Of a stretch of DNA of 64,000 nt, positions 18,174 to 28,500 are shown one piece after another. Origin of the DNA: Pirellulaceae bacterium. GTDB lineage: Bacteria; Planctomycetota; Planctomycetia; Pirellulales; Pirellulaceae. Below the pieces are notes generated by a model. The model saw only the letters and a program-made list of their open reading frames with translations. It searched no databases and was not told the DNA's origin. The stretch lies in the NCBI GenBank assembly GCA_019636375.1, contig JAHBXS010000002.1:149621-213620 (forward strand), read 5' to 3'. A program made the translations under genes and the position numbers. Every line of letters starts with the position of its first letter. The first letter of the stretch is position 1.

Positions 18174-19943
18174 GTGCAGGAGTTGGCCGAATTAATGGAA
18201 AGCACCACGATGGTTTACAAAAAAATCGCTCTTGCCGCCATTCTGCTTTTCCTGTCGGTAGGTTGCGAACAGTTGCTATACGGCCAAGCAATTTACTCGC
18301 CTGGAGAGAGGATCATCATCGTCGCAGAAGGCGTCAATAGCCCTGATGGTAAATCTGACCATCCCTTTTGGGTCGGTCTCGCGTTGGAGGTTCTACAAAC
18401 CCGCGATAGTGGTTCAGGTCAGGAACTGTTGTTAAGCCATTTCGACCGTCAAGGCTGGGTGGACGCCAAATTTGTCCGCAAACCAGATGATGCTCTGAAG
18501 CTCTTTGAGAAGGCCCTTGAGCAGTCGCCGGAGCAGGAGAACCTGTTATTTGCCAAATCTCTTGCATTGTGGGAACTCAATAGACTGCCGGAAGCCCTCC
18601 AGACATTTGATCGATTATTGGAACGGTTTCCTGAAAACAATGCCTATCGAAATGAAAGAGCCGGTTGCCTAATGTCCGCCGGAGAATTCAGCAAAGCACT
18701 GGCTGATTTTGATGAACTGATTGCCAAAGTTGACAAAGCAGAGTCTCGAATCAATCGCGGGCTATGTCGTCAAGCTATGGGGAACATCACTGGCGCGCGA
18801 GAGGATTTCCGCACCGCGATTCGATTACAGCCCGATCAACCGCAGTGCTATTTGAGGCTGGCGGAGCTTGAAGCTGCCCAACAGAATCCAGACGGAGTCA
18901 TTCAAGTCCTCGGCGAGATGATTTCCACCTTTCCCCAAGATTCACAATGGCGAAAGGTTCGTGCCGACTATTGGGTACGATTGGGGAGGCTTGATCAGGC
19001 CGAAGTCGACCTAGAAAAAATAATTGAATTAGCGCCCCATGAGCCTCAGACTCACCTCGACCTAGCAACATTTCTGAGAGATTCAGGACAAATTGACAAG
19101 TCGATTGAAAAATTTTCGGAGATGACTACTCTATTTCCGGATTTCTGGCCAGCGTTTCTTAACCGAGGAGTCTTGCTTCAAAACCAGGGTAACTACGATC
19201 GAGCCCTGGACGACCTTGGTCGAGCCATAGATATCTCCGAAGAGTATCGGCATTTTTTGCGCTATCATCGGGGATGCATCTACCTCGATATGGGAAATCC
19301 CAGCGAGGCAATTCTCGATCTTGACGCATGCATTGCAGTCGAACCCGTGCCAGATGCCATTGTCCGACGCGGCGACGCCTACCAAAGACTGGGTGAGCAT
19401 AATGCCGCTTTGCAAGACTTCAATAGAGTGCTGGAGTATGACGCAAATCGCCACTTCGCGCGATATCTTCGGGCTTCAGTCTATCGGCAAACGGGGGATG
19501 CAAAATCCGCCCTGACGGACTACGACTTTCTCATTCAACAAGGCATTCAGTCAGACGATGTCTATTACAACCGGGGCCATGCACGCAAAACGCTAAAGGA
19601 TTGGCAAGGTGCGATCGAAGATCTCACCCAGGCACTGACTAACAATCCAGAAAATCTTCTTTACCTGAACGATCTAGCTTGGCTATTGGCATCCGTACCT
19701 GACCCCAACTTGCGAGAGCCACAAACCGCAATTAGTCATGCGCAAAAGGCGTGCGAAATTTCAAAATGGGAGCGTGGAGAGATCATTGATACACTGGCCG
19801 TCGCGCACGCCGCAGCAGGCGATTTCAAAACGGCGGTGAAACTTGCCGATCAAGCACTCGAAAACGTCGGAGAAAAATACACTCAGGAGATCATGGCTAG
19901 GCGCCAACTTTTCTCTCAAGATAAACCGTTTGTGCTTGACTGA
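18174..19943 (+). CDS. TPR-repeat lipoprotein or secreted protein. The likely start is the ATG at 18210 (MVYKKIALAAILLFLSVGC).
   Basis: Lipoprotein-like signal peptide followed by many 34-residue TPR-like repeats (A/L/Y/N pattern). Confidence 0.8.
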   Translation: MQELAELMESTTMVYKKIALAAILLFLSVGCEQLLYGQAIYSPGERIIIVAEGVNSPDGKSDHPFWVGLALEVLQTRDSGSGQELLLSHFDRQGWVDAKFVRKPDDALKLFEKALEQSPEQENLLFAKSLALWELNRLPEALQTFDRLLERFPENNAYRNERAGCLMSAGEFSKALADFDELIAKVDKAESRINRGLCRQAMGNITGAREDFRTAIRLQPDQPQCYLRLAELEAAQQNPDGVIQVLGEMISTFPQDSQWRKVRADYWVRLGRLDQAEVDLEKIIELAPHEPQTHLDLATFLRDSGQIDKSIEKFSEMTTLFPDFWPAFLNRGVLLQNQGNYDRALDDLGRAIDISEEYRHFLRYHRGCIYLDMGNPSEAILDLDACIAVEPVPDAIVRRGDAYQRLGEHNAALQDFNRVLEYDANRHFARYLRASVYRQTGDAKSALTDYDFLIQQGIQSDDVYYNRGHARKTLKDWQGAIEDLTQALTNNPENLLYLNDLAWLLASVPDPNLREPQTAISHAQKACEISKWERGEIIDTLAVAHAAAGDFKTAVKLADQALENVGEKYTQEIMARRQLFSQDKPFVLD

Positions 19944-20249
19944 AACTCAAACGCATACCACGGCACCCAACTTGGCTATTCGCTAGAAATCAAGTGACTC
20001 CTTCTTGATTGCGTGGCCGTTCACTCCTTAAATAAAGGCAAGGAGTTCGGGGACCAGGAGCAAGCAACCCTAAAATGGGCAAGTTCGGCCAGCCAACCGA
20101 TTGAGGCGCCTTCCCGCATGGAAATCACTCATTCGAAAACCCAGCGTATGCACCAGCAGCACGTAAAATAGCTGCCCTCCCAAAAAAATCAACATCCCAA
20201 ATCGGTTTCGTCAAACACTTACAGAGTTTCTCTGCTCACCAGGACTTTA

Positions 20250-20696
20250 TCAGTGCAAAGCCCCTGGTTGCCAACTTTCTTCATGTTTTTTTTTCCACAA
20301 TCCAAAAAGATCCAAAGAAAACAGCAGAAACAGGAATCCGGCACACATACTTGGAATCCAAAGTGAGAGAAAACGATTCGCGCGCACTAAGCCAGGATTC
20401 ATCGGATCAAAAAGCACTTCGATTTGGCCACCTTTTTTTAGACCGGCAAAAGAAGCATCCACTGTTGTCTCATAAGTCTTTCCTGACGATGCCTGAAAGG
20501 TAACATGCCATATCGGCGATCCATACATTTCAGTTCCAAACTGCCGATACTCGATGTTTGTGCAGGTTGCTGCCGTTTTTTCACCCCTTCTCAGTAATGT
20601 CCAAGATTTCAGTGAATAGTCAATTGCGTAGCCCCCTGCAAGAACCGACACGATGGCTCCAATAACGACCCGGTAGCCTACCAAAGTTTCTCGCAT
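20250..20696 (-). CDS. DUF3592-like small membrane protein (148 aa).
   Basis: N-terminal and C-terminal TM helices flanking a beta-rich middle. Hypothetical. Confidence 0.5.
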   Translation of the reverse strand: MRETLVGYRVVIGAIVSVLAGGYAIDYSLKSWTLLRRGEKTAATCTNIEYRQFGTEMYGSPIWHVTFQASSGKTYETTVDASFAGLKKGGQIEVLFDPMNPGLVRANRFLSLWIPSMCAGFLFLLFSLDLFGLWKKKHEESWQPGALH

Positions 20697-21248
20697 TCGT
20701 ATTCCTGTTCTTGCGTTAGTGTTCCTTTAGAAAGTGGGCTTAGGATAGGCTTCTCACTTTACGCTCGTTTCATTTTTGATCTTCAACAAGAGCGAAAGGT
20801 AAGTTTCATGGCAGCCTAATTGCCACTCAATGGAACTTGGCTTTGGCCCCACAAGGCTGACCCCTACGACGTTACCCCAAACAACACACCACTGATTGGA
20901 TTGCGGTTCGACAACATATTACCCACTCGGACGGTGCAGTGGAATCTGCCATGCTGCCAAAGTTCCAACTCGCCGAAAAAGCGAAAGAAGTAACTAAGAA
21001 ACTACGTCATCCCTCTGCATTTGGTGTCGTCAGATTTTTGCCCCACAAATTTTGCCAACAAGCATTTCTAATACCTTCCCGATCCCCGAAGTCGATCGTG
21101 CAAAAACACACTCGGCAAAAGTTGTACTCAAAAATTGAAGGTAGCAAATTCGGCTTTGCAAAATGAGCGATGGGGAGAACGATTGTTTTGGGTAAAAAAT
21201 GTCAGCCCCGCACTATTCAACATGATTGACTCGCCGTTTTTTGCCAAC

Positions 21249-21839
21249 TCAATCCGCTTCCCACTCCGGCGGTGGGAACGTGACATTGGTGTAAACTTCG
21301 CCCAGACTTAACTCGCAATCAACTTCGGGCAATGGAATGACGGCATCGAGACCCTCATAGAATTCTCGCTCAAAACCGTATTCACCACGGCGGTGCAGAA
21401 CCGTCGCAGGAATGTCTTGTTCCAGCAACAGATAGCAACTCAACGAGTTGATGGTCAAATAGGCTTCGCGTTTTTCGAATTCATCCACTCGCCGGGTGGA
21501 CTCAGACAGCACTTCCACGATCACTACGGGTTGATCTTGGAACAGATCGCCGTCAGGGTTTGGTTGGCAAACGACCAACAAGTCAGGATAGTTGAACCTC
21601 ACGCTATGGCTCAGCCGGACCCGAATTTTCATATCCGAATTGAACGCTTCGCAGGATTTTCCGCGAAGCTGTGCTCCAATCGAGAGCGTTACGCTCATCG
21701 TGATTCGATTGTGGCGAGCCGAGGCCACCGCCAAGGCATACACCGTCCCATCGACGAACTCATGTTTGCGGTCCGAGATCAGTTCCCCTTGTAGATATTC
21801 CTGAACCGAAATCGGCAGTCTTTTAGGTGCGATCCTCAT
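21249..21839 (-). CDS. Uma2-family (DUF820) putative restriction-endonuclease-like protein, 196 aa.
   Basis: ...EFVDGTVYALAVASARHNRITMSV...DMKIRV...PDLLVV... matches the PD-(D/E)xK-like Uma2 pattern. Confidence 0.7.
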   Translation of the reverse strand: MRIAPKRLPISVQEYLQGELISDRKHEFVDGTVYALAVASARHNRITMSVTLSIGAQLRGKSCEAFNSDMKIRVRLSHSVRFNYPDLLVVCQPNPDGDLFQDQPVVIVEVLSESTRRVDEFEKREAYLTINSLSCYLLLEQDIPATVLHRRGEYGFEREFYEGLDAVIPLPEVDCELSLGEVYTNVTFPPPEWEAD

Positions 21840-22136
21840 TCAAGTAATTTACCACAACCGACGAAAATCGTGCAGCAGGAACCCGAATTTTAGCACTTCG
21901 GGAGAGGGTGAGTCATCAGGATTTGATATCGACATCACGACTAACGAGATGCAGCAGGCGAAATGTGTGAGAACCGAATGGATCGCTGATTGCCACTCCA
22001 AATTGCAAGTTTTTCTCCAAACACGGAAAAGGGATTGAATTGAAAAATCATCCGTTGCCGCTACACCACACCATGTCTCGGCTATAATCAGGTTAGTCGT
22101 TTGGTGCGGCCTTAAACGGTTTCAGGACTTTAGCTT

Positions 22137-22964
22137 TTGGTTTTCTTCGAAAGGAAATTTTTCTCGATGTTGGTTTTAGTGCGATTGGTTGTGGTGGTTG
22201 GATTGGTGGCTTCGATGCCGCTCGCGGTCAGTGCTCAAGACAGTTGGGGACATTTGTCGGGACGATTTGTCGTCAAGGGCGAACTTCCCCCGGCTGCTCA
22301 AAAGAAAATCGACAACGATGCGGCTTACTGCACGCGAAGCGGAAAACCGATTCTAGATGAAACCGTTGTCGTCGATGAAAATGGCGGTCTGCGGGATGTG
22401 TTCGTCATGCTGCTGCTTGAACGAGACGCGGCCCCACCAACGATTCACCCTTCCTACGAAGAAAAAAAGAACGAACCGGTGGTCTTAGACAACGTTGAAT
22501 GTCGTTTCGAGCCTTACGCCGTCTTCGTGCGGGCCGGGCAAAAATTGTCCCTTAAAAATAGCGATGAGATCGGGCACAACTGCCACATTATCACCTTCGG
22601 AAATGAAGAGAACGTCAACTTAGTCGCCGGAGGAACAGTCGAAGTCGCTCTGCAAAAGGCCGACCGCGTTCCCGGCAACGTCGTGTGCGATATCCACAAA
22701 TGGATGGAGGGAGTGATCTTAGTCCGCGACGAACCCTACGCGGCGATCACGGCGGCAGATGGAACGTTTCGGATCGATAACCTACCGGCCGGAACTTTGA
22801 AGTTCCAGTTCTGGCACAAGAAAGTCGGCTTTTTGCGTGAGATCACCGTTGGCAATCAAGTCACCGGTCGGCGGGGCGAGGCCGAGTTGACGATCGTCGA
22901 CGGCGAAACACTCGATTTGGGCACGATCGAAATCGACGCTAAAGCGTTGACTGGCGACAAGTAA
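22137..22964 (+). CDS. Secreted protein with a C-terminal carboxypeptidase-regulatory-like beta-sandwich domain (275 aa).
   Basis: Signal peptide (LVLVRLVVVVGLVASMPLAVSAQD) and the motif AADGTFRIDNLPAGTLKFQFW. Confidence 0.6.
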   Translation: MVFFERKFFSMLVLVRLVVVVGLVASMPLAVSAQDSWGHLSGRFVVKGELPPAAQKKIDNDAAYCTRSGKPILDETVVVDENGGLRDVFVMLLLERDAAPPTIHPSYEEKKNEPVVLDNVECRFEPYAVFVRAGQKLSLKNSDEIGHNCHIITFGNEENVNLVAGGTVEVALQKADRVPGNVVCDIHKWMEGVILVRDEPYAAITAADGTFRIDNLPAGTLKFQFWHKKVGFLREITVGNQVTGRRGEAELTIVDGETLDLGTIEIDAKALTGDK

Positions 22965-23102
22965 ACTCGATTTTTATCCACTTTAAAAATCGTTCGCGAC
23001 AATTTGTCGTCTCGCTGTGGGCAATGAAGTCGCGACAATGATGGTTAGTCACGGATCGGTAGTTTGAGTAACGAAAAACTACTTCCTCGTGATTGAAATT
23101 CA

Positions 23103-24494
23103 GTGTTTGTAGAGAGCTTAAAATGCGGGTTCAACGTAGCGGAAGTCGTCAAGACTTTCGGCATTTTTGTGATTGACTCGAAACTCTTGACGAGTTCCGC
23201 TACAGGAAAATTAAGCCACGACAAAGCACTAGCCATGCAGTCAACCAAAACGATGACGTTCAAAAAAAAATTAATAAGAAAATTTTGTGCCGGCTTGGGA
23301 ATGCTTTCCCTGTTGATCGCCGCAGGCTGTCGGCCGAGTACGGGTTTAGAATTTCCAGCAAACGAAGTTGAACTTCTCAAACTGCAACGGCATAAGTATG
23401 GCCCCAACGAGGAATTGGATTCCAAATACAAGGATCAGGTCGCCGGAGTCATGGCCGCTTTGTTCGGCACGCCAGACGAGCCAGCATTTCCCTTCCCGGC
23501 CAACGATGCGTCTCCGTTTCGTGCGTTGGTTTCGTTGGGCAACTTGAATGCATCCGCCGGACCTGTTGCGAGTGTTAAAGACGGCAAGGAAAATCTGGGG
23601 CTTTATCGCAAACACTGTGCGAATTGTCATGGCCTAGCTGGAGACGGTGCCGGTCCGGTAGCCTTGACCCTCAATCCCTACCCCCGCGATTTTCGCCTGG
23701 GAAAATTCAAATTCAAATCGACGCCACTGCGTGTCCCTCCCACCGACGAAGATTTGGTACGAGTTATCAGACACGGGATTCCGGGGACCGGTATGCCAGC
23801 CTTTCCGAACATGCCTCCAGACGAAATGGAAGCGATCGTCGACTATGTGAAGTATCTTGCGATTCGCGGAGAGGTCGAACGACGCCTGTGGGATGAAGTC
23901 ACTAGTTTGGCGGGAGAGCCCTTGGCCGGAATTCCAGGTTCGCTTGATACTGCCCAAACTCGCGAGGCGTTTCGCAAAGTTCTCGTGAGTGACCCGACGA
24001 GTCCGATCAGCGACATTTTATTCGACGATGTTTTGCCCCGTTGGGTCGAAAGGGACGCTCGCGTCTCGGCGGTTCCAACCGCTCCGGCGGGTGTCGAACC
24101 GAATGATGCGGAGTTCAATAGTCTGGCTGGCGTCGGTAAGGAGTTATTTCTTGGCAAGGCGAACTGTATTCAGTGCCACGAATTGCCTGGACACTCGGCG
24201 ACCCAAGCAGTGAACTATGACGATTGGACCAATGACTGGGTAAAGACACCGGGGATCGATGTTGAAGACAAGCGGACGTTTCGCGAGTTTTTAAAAGCGG
24301 GTGCTTTGCCCCCACGCTTGTTGCGTCCACGAAACTTGACCCTTCCGGTATATCGCGGCGGCGATGAGTCCCGCGACTTATATTTGCGGATCAAAAACGG
24401 AATCGAGGGAACACCGATGCCTTCATCAGTTTCGTTGAATGACGAAGAAATCTGGGCCCTGGTAGCGTTCGTGCGGTCCATGCCCCTTAAATAG
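23103..24494 (+). CDS. Diheme c-type cytochrome lipoprotein. The likely start is at 23235 (MQSTKTMTFKKK...LIAAGC).
   Basis: Two CxxCH heme-binding motifs (CANCHG and CIQCHE). Lipoprotein signal. Confidence 0.85.
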   Translation: MFVESLKCGFNVAEVVKTFGIFVIDSKLLTSSATGKLSHDKALAMQSTKTMTFKKKLIRKFCAGLGMLSLLIAAGCRPSTGLEFPANEVELLKLQRHKYGPNEELDSKYKDQVAGVMAALFGTPDEPAFPFPANDASPFRALVSLGNLNASAGPVASVKDGKENLGLYRKHCANCHGLAGDGAGPVALTLNPYPRDFRLGKFKFKSTPLRVPPTDEDLVRVIRHGIPGTGMPAFPNMPPDEMEAIVDYVKYLAIRGEVERRLWDEVTSLAGEPLAGIPGSLDTAQTREAFRKVLVSDPTSPISDILFDDVLPRWVERDARVSAVPTAPAGVEPNDAEFNSLAGVGKELFLGKANCIQCHELPGHSATQAVNYDDWTNDWVKTPGIDVEDKRTFREFLKAGALPPRLLRPRNLTLPVYRGGDESRDLYLRIKNGIEGTPMPSSVSLNDEEIWALVAFVRSMPLK

Positions 24495-24503
24495 ACAATC
24501 AAG

Positions 24504-25487
24504 ATGAACCAACCCAACTCGTTATCGTTCTGCCGTTGGCCCAACCGCATCGCGCGTTGGTTGGCGGTGGTCTCATACGTCTTGATTTTCGCTGGGGGAC
24601 TGGTAACGACGACAGCGGCAGGAATGGCGGTCCCCGATTGGCCAAACACCTACGGCTACAACATGTTTTTGTATCCGTTCTATGATTGGTTTTTTGGTCC
24701 GTGGGACTTGTTCGTCGAGCATGGCCATCGGCTGTTGGGAACGTTGGCCGGGATTTTTGCGATCTTGTTGGTGATCGTGACGTTTCGAAAATTTCCGGGG
24801 ACGCGAATGCCCGCGTTTGCGATTGTGCTGTTGGCCTTGGTGATTTTCCAAGGGACCCTCGGAGGCGTGCGAGTCCTCCGCGACGATCGCACGATTGCGA
24901 ATCTGCATGGAGTCGTCGGCCCGGCATTTTTTGCTCTGGTTGTGGCGTTTTGCGTGATCAGTTCCCGCTGGTATCGCCGGAACGTGGTCGAAGGATCAGG
25001 GGCTGGGGCAGAGCAAGTCGGGACGGGGAATTTGACTTGGGCTCAAACCCTGCTCGGCCTGAGTTTTGTGCAGTTGGTGCTCGGTTCGCTTTTGCGGCAC
25101 ATTGATGTGATGACCTCGCCGCGAGGCTTCCCGCATTTGGTTTACACGCATATTGCTGTGGCGGTATTGTTGATGCTGGCGACTTGGTGGTATTGGTGGC
25201 GTACACGCCGTATGTCGGGGACTGGATTAAGGTGGCCGGTAAATCTTTTGTCAATTGTGATCTTCGTGCAAGTCGCGCTCGGTTTGATCACGTGGGTGAT
25301 GAAGTATGGTTTCCCTTGGTGGTTGGACCATTATTTGGTTGCGGCAAGTTTCGTGATTCCCGACAAAACGATGCAGCAGACATTGCTGGTCACGGCTCAC
25401 ATGGCGATGGGATCTGCCATTTTATGTTTCTGGACCGTACACGTTGTGCGAATGCGGGGTTTGCTCAAGGGCCCGGCGCTTCAATGA
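24504..25487 (+). CDS. ctaA: Heme A synthase (COX15/CtaA family).
   Basis: Multi-TM protein with conserved His in TM helices (EHGHRLLGT, HMAMG). Lies directly after a cytochrome c gene. Confidence 0.8.
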   Translation: MNQPNSLSFCRWPNRIARWLAVVSYVLIFAGGLVTTTAAGMAVPDWPNTYGYNMFLYPFYDWFFGPWDLFVEHGHRLLGTLAGIFAILLVIVTFRKFPGTRMPAFAIVLLALVIFQGTLGGVRVLRDDRTIANLHGVVGPAFFALVVAFCVISSRWYRRNVVEGSGAGAEQVGTGNLTWAQTLLGLSFVQLVLGSLLRHIDVMTSPRGFPHLVYTHIAVAVLLMLATWWYWWRTRRMSGTGLRWPVNLLSIVIFVQVALGLITWVMKYGFPWWLDHYLVAASFVIPDKTMQQTLLVTAHMAMGSAILCFWTVHVVRMRGLLKGPALQ

Positions 25488-25564
25488 TGGGTGACGGGGT
25501 TTAAACGGGAATCGATCGGTTGGCTCGTTGAGCAAATAATCGAATTTTTTCCCAAACGAGTTCC

Positions 25565-28500
25565 TCAATCGTTGTCTTGGGGGTCGTCGATTTCTAGGAC
25601 TTCGCTGGGGTCGTCGGAGATGCGCTCGGCGAGTTGGTCGACGATTTGAGCGTAGGTCTCGCGAGTGATCTTGGCGCTGCGAGCAAGTTCATTCGCAGCA
25701 GGCCAAATGTCGGCGAGCTTTTGCAACGGTTCGATCCATCGCTCCAAAACATCGAACTGGTGTTTGACGACATCCAAAAACGCTCGCGGGACACGGTTGA
25801 CAATATGGATCGGTTGGCGGCGTCCAGAGGCGGCTTCGTCTTGTGCCGTGCGAGCACTCTGGGCTGACGACTCGGCGATTCCTCGAAGTTGCTCCAAAGT
25901 CTCGTTGAGTTTCGCAAGCTCCGAAACCGATTGACCGACTTGTGCGAGCAACAATTGTTGCAACGGTTGCGTTTCGTTTTCTGGAGTGGCCAGTGCCCTT
26001 GTCCCTTGTTGCACCGCCCGTTCGATGGCGCCCAGACCTTCGGAAAACAGAGCCATTTGCCCGATGATCTGACCTGTTGCATCGTCACGATCCACCGAGC
26101 CGAGGACTTGATTGCGCTGAAAGGTCCGCTTGATGTCGTTCCAGCGCTGGAGATCGTCGCCATGTAGGGTTCCGGTCAGCTCGCGGAACTTGAGCAAGTT
26201 CGCTTCGGCTCCGGTCGTCAATGTTTGGGCTTGGTTTTCATAATGCGAGCGAACGAGGACTTCGATCTCTTCGTCGTTCATCAAGGCGACGATCCGCTCG
26301 GCAAGTTTGTTCATGTCGCGGTAGGAACCTTGCAACTGAAATCGCGGCTCGGTGCGGAAGGCGTCGGCTTGAGCGGCTGAATCGATGTACTGGCGATTGA
26401 TCCGTAGGAGTTGATCGCGGATTTGCAACAAACGACGCATGACGGTGACAAACTCGTTGATTTCGTCGATCGCATAGTTACCTTGAAGCGATACTTCCTG
26501 GCCGCCGGTCCCCTGGGCCATGCTGAGAATCGCATAGACATCATCCCAGCCATGAGTCACCAGGCGGCTGAGCGATGGGCTGGATGTGATGGCGTTTTCG
26601 ATATAGCTCAACTCGAAAAGGTGCTGATTGCCGCCGATCACATCCCCCAGATTGTAGGTGTCGGCGCGGTTGGCCAACATGTCGGGAATCTGGAATTTCT
26701 CGCCACTTTCCGTGTACGGGTTCCCGGCCATGACGACGCAAACCTTGCGTCCCCGCAAGTCGTAAGTTTTCGGTCGCCCTTGATAGACCCCTTCGATACG
26801 CCGCGTGGCGTCGCAAAGGGAAATGAATTTTTGCAAAAACTCCGGGTTCGTATGCTGGATGTCGTCGACGTAGATCATCACGTTGTCACCCATTTCCAGG
26901 GCGAGGTTCAACCGTAAAACCTCTTCGCGAGCACTCGCATTGGGGGCTTCGTCGGGGTCGAGGGACGTGACATGATGCCCAAGCGCGGGGCCGTTGATTT
27001 TGACGAAGGTCAAACCGAGCCGATTGGCGACGTATTCCATCAGGGTCGTCTTTCCGTAACCCGGCGGCGAAATGACTAACAGCAAACCGTTACGGTCGGT
27101 CCGCTTTTGTTCTCCAGCGGCGCCTAACTGTTTGGCCAAGTTGTTACCGATAAGCGGCAAGTAAACATCGTTGATCAGTTTGTTGCGAACGAAGGAGGTC
27201 AGCACCCGAGGCTTGAACTCTTGAAGGCGAAGTTCCTCACGACGCGCGGCAAGGGCTTGGCTCTTGACCTCTTGAAAATGTTCAAAGGCCGGAACTTCTT
27301 CAATGGTGAACCGGTCCAGACGAGCGGTAAACTCATAAAAATCGACAACGAAAGGCTTCGCTTGCAATCGAGTGTGATCACCGAGCAAACCGGTCAACTC
27401 CCGCTGCGGTTGTGCCGATACGGTCTGACGCGGCGTGGTGTCGGAATCGAGCAACACGGCGACGGCCTCCCACAATTCGCCACGTTTGGCCTCAATGGAT
27501 TGAGCCGACACGAGGGCAGAGAGCCAGTCCATGGCGTCTTCCATTTGGTTCAAAAACGGGAGCTTGCGAAAAGCGTCACTGATCAGGCTACCTGAGTCTT
27601 TTGCCTCCGTGCGCTGTTGAAACTTCTTCACGATGGTGGCTGCGGTTTGACTGAGCGGTCGTTGCTGGTCGGCCAGTTGCACATACAGGAATTCGGCAGC
27701 AGCTTGTGCATGACCGATTGCGATCGGGCATTCGCCGAGAAACGCCTCGACTTGCCGCCGCAGGGCTGCAACGAGGGTGCTTCGACCAATTTCTTGATTC
27801 AGTAAACTTCGCGCGGTCCGTTGCGACTCGATTCGCGTGACAAGTCGCTCCCGTTCGGCGGCTCGGTTTGGGGATGTCCGCAACCACGACCAAGTCAAAT
27901 TAGCCAGCGCACGGCAACCCGGTTCGTACCGCAACCAACCGAGCGATTGATGCAGCGAGAGTAACGTCTTCAGGATCAACGCGGCGTCGTGATCATGGAC
28001 CCCCTTGAGGTATCCGTCAGCATAGCGCGGCGCCATGAACCGCTGGACTTCGGCGAGCAATTCCGCATCATCGAGTTGAGCCAGTTGGTCGATGGTCAGT
28101 TGATTTGCCGCTGTGGGGGCTTCTCCCTTTTCGCTCCCCTGCCCTGCTTGGAATATCAGCCAAGCCAAATACTCGCCCCGATAGACTTGGCGATTTTCCG
28201 AAACGACCGCTTGATCCCACAGCCGCTGAAGTCCATCAAGTTCGGCGGAGTTGATCGGCTCGATGAAATTGGTGCCGGAAAGATGAAAGCAAAGACGATT
28301 ATCCTGAGCGACAATCGCCAGATCGAGGGGTTGAACGTTGACCGTAAATTTGTGTTGACCGAACTGGATCAGGTTTTGCCCATCGACAAACAGCTCTTGA
28401 CGGTCCCGCAGTTGACGCGCGGCGTCTTCGCGAATCGTCTTCAGGCGACTTTGCAACTCATCGACCTTGACGGTTTCGTCCAACTCCAACAACTGCCGCA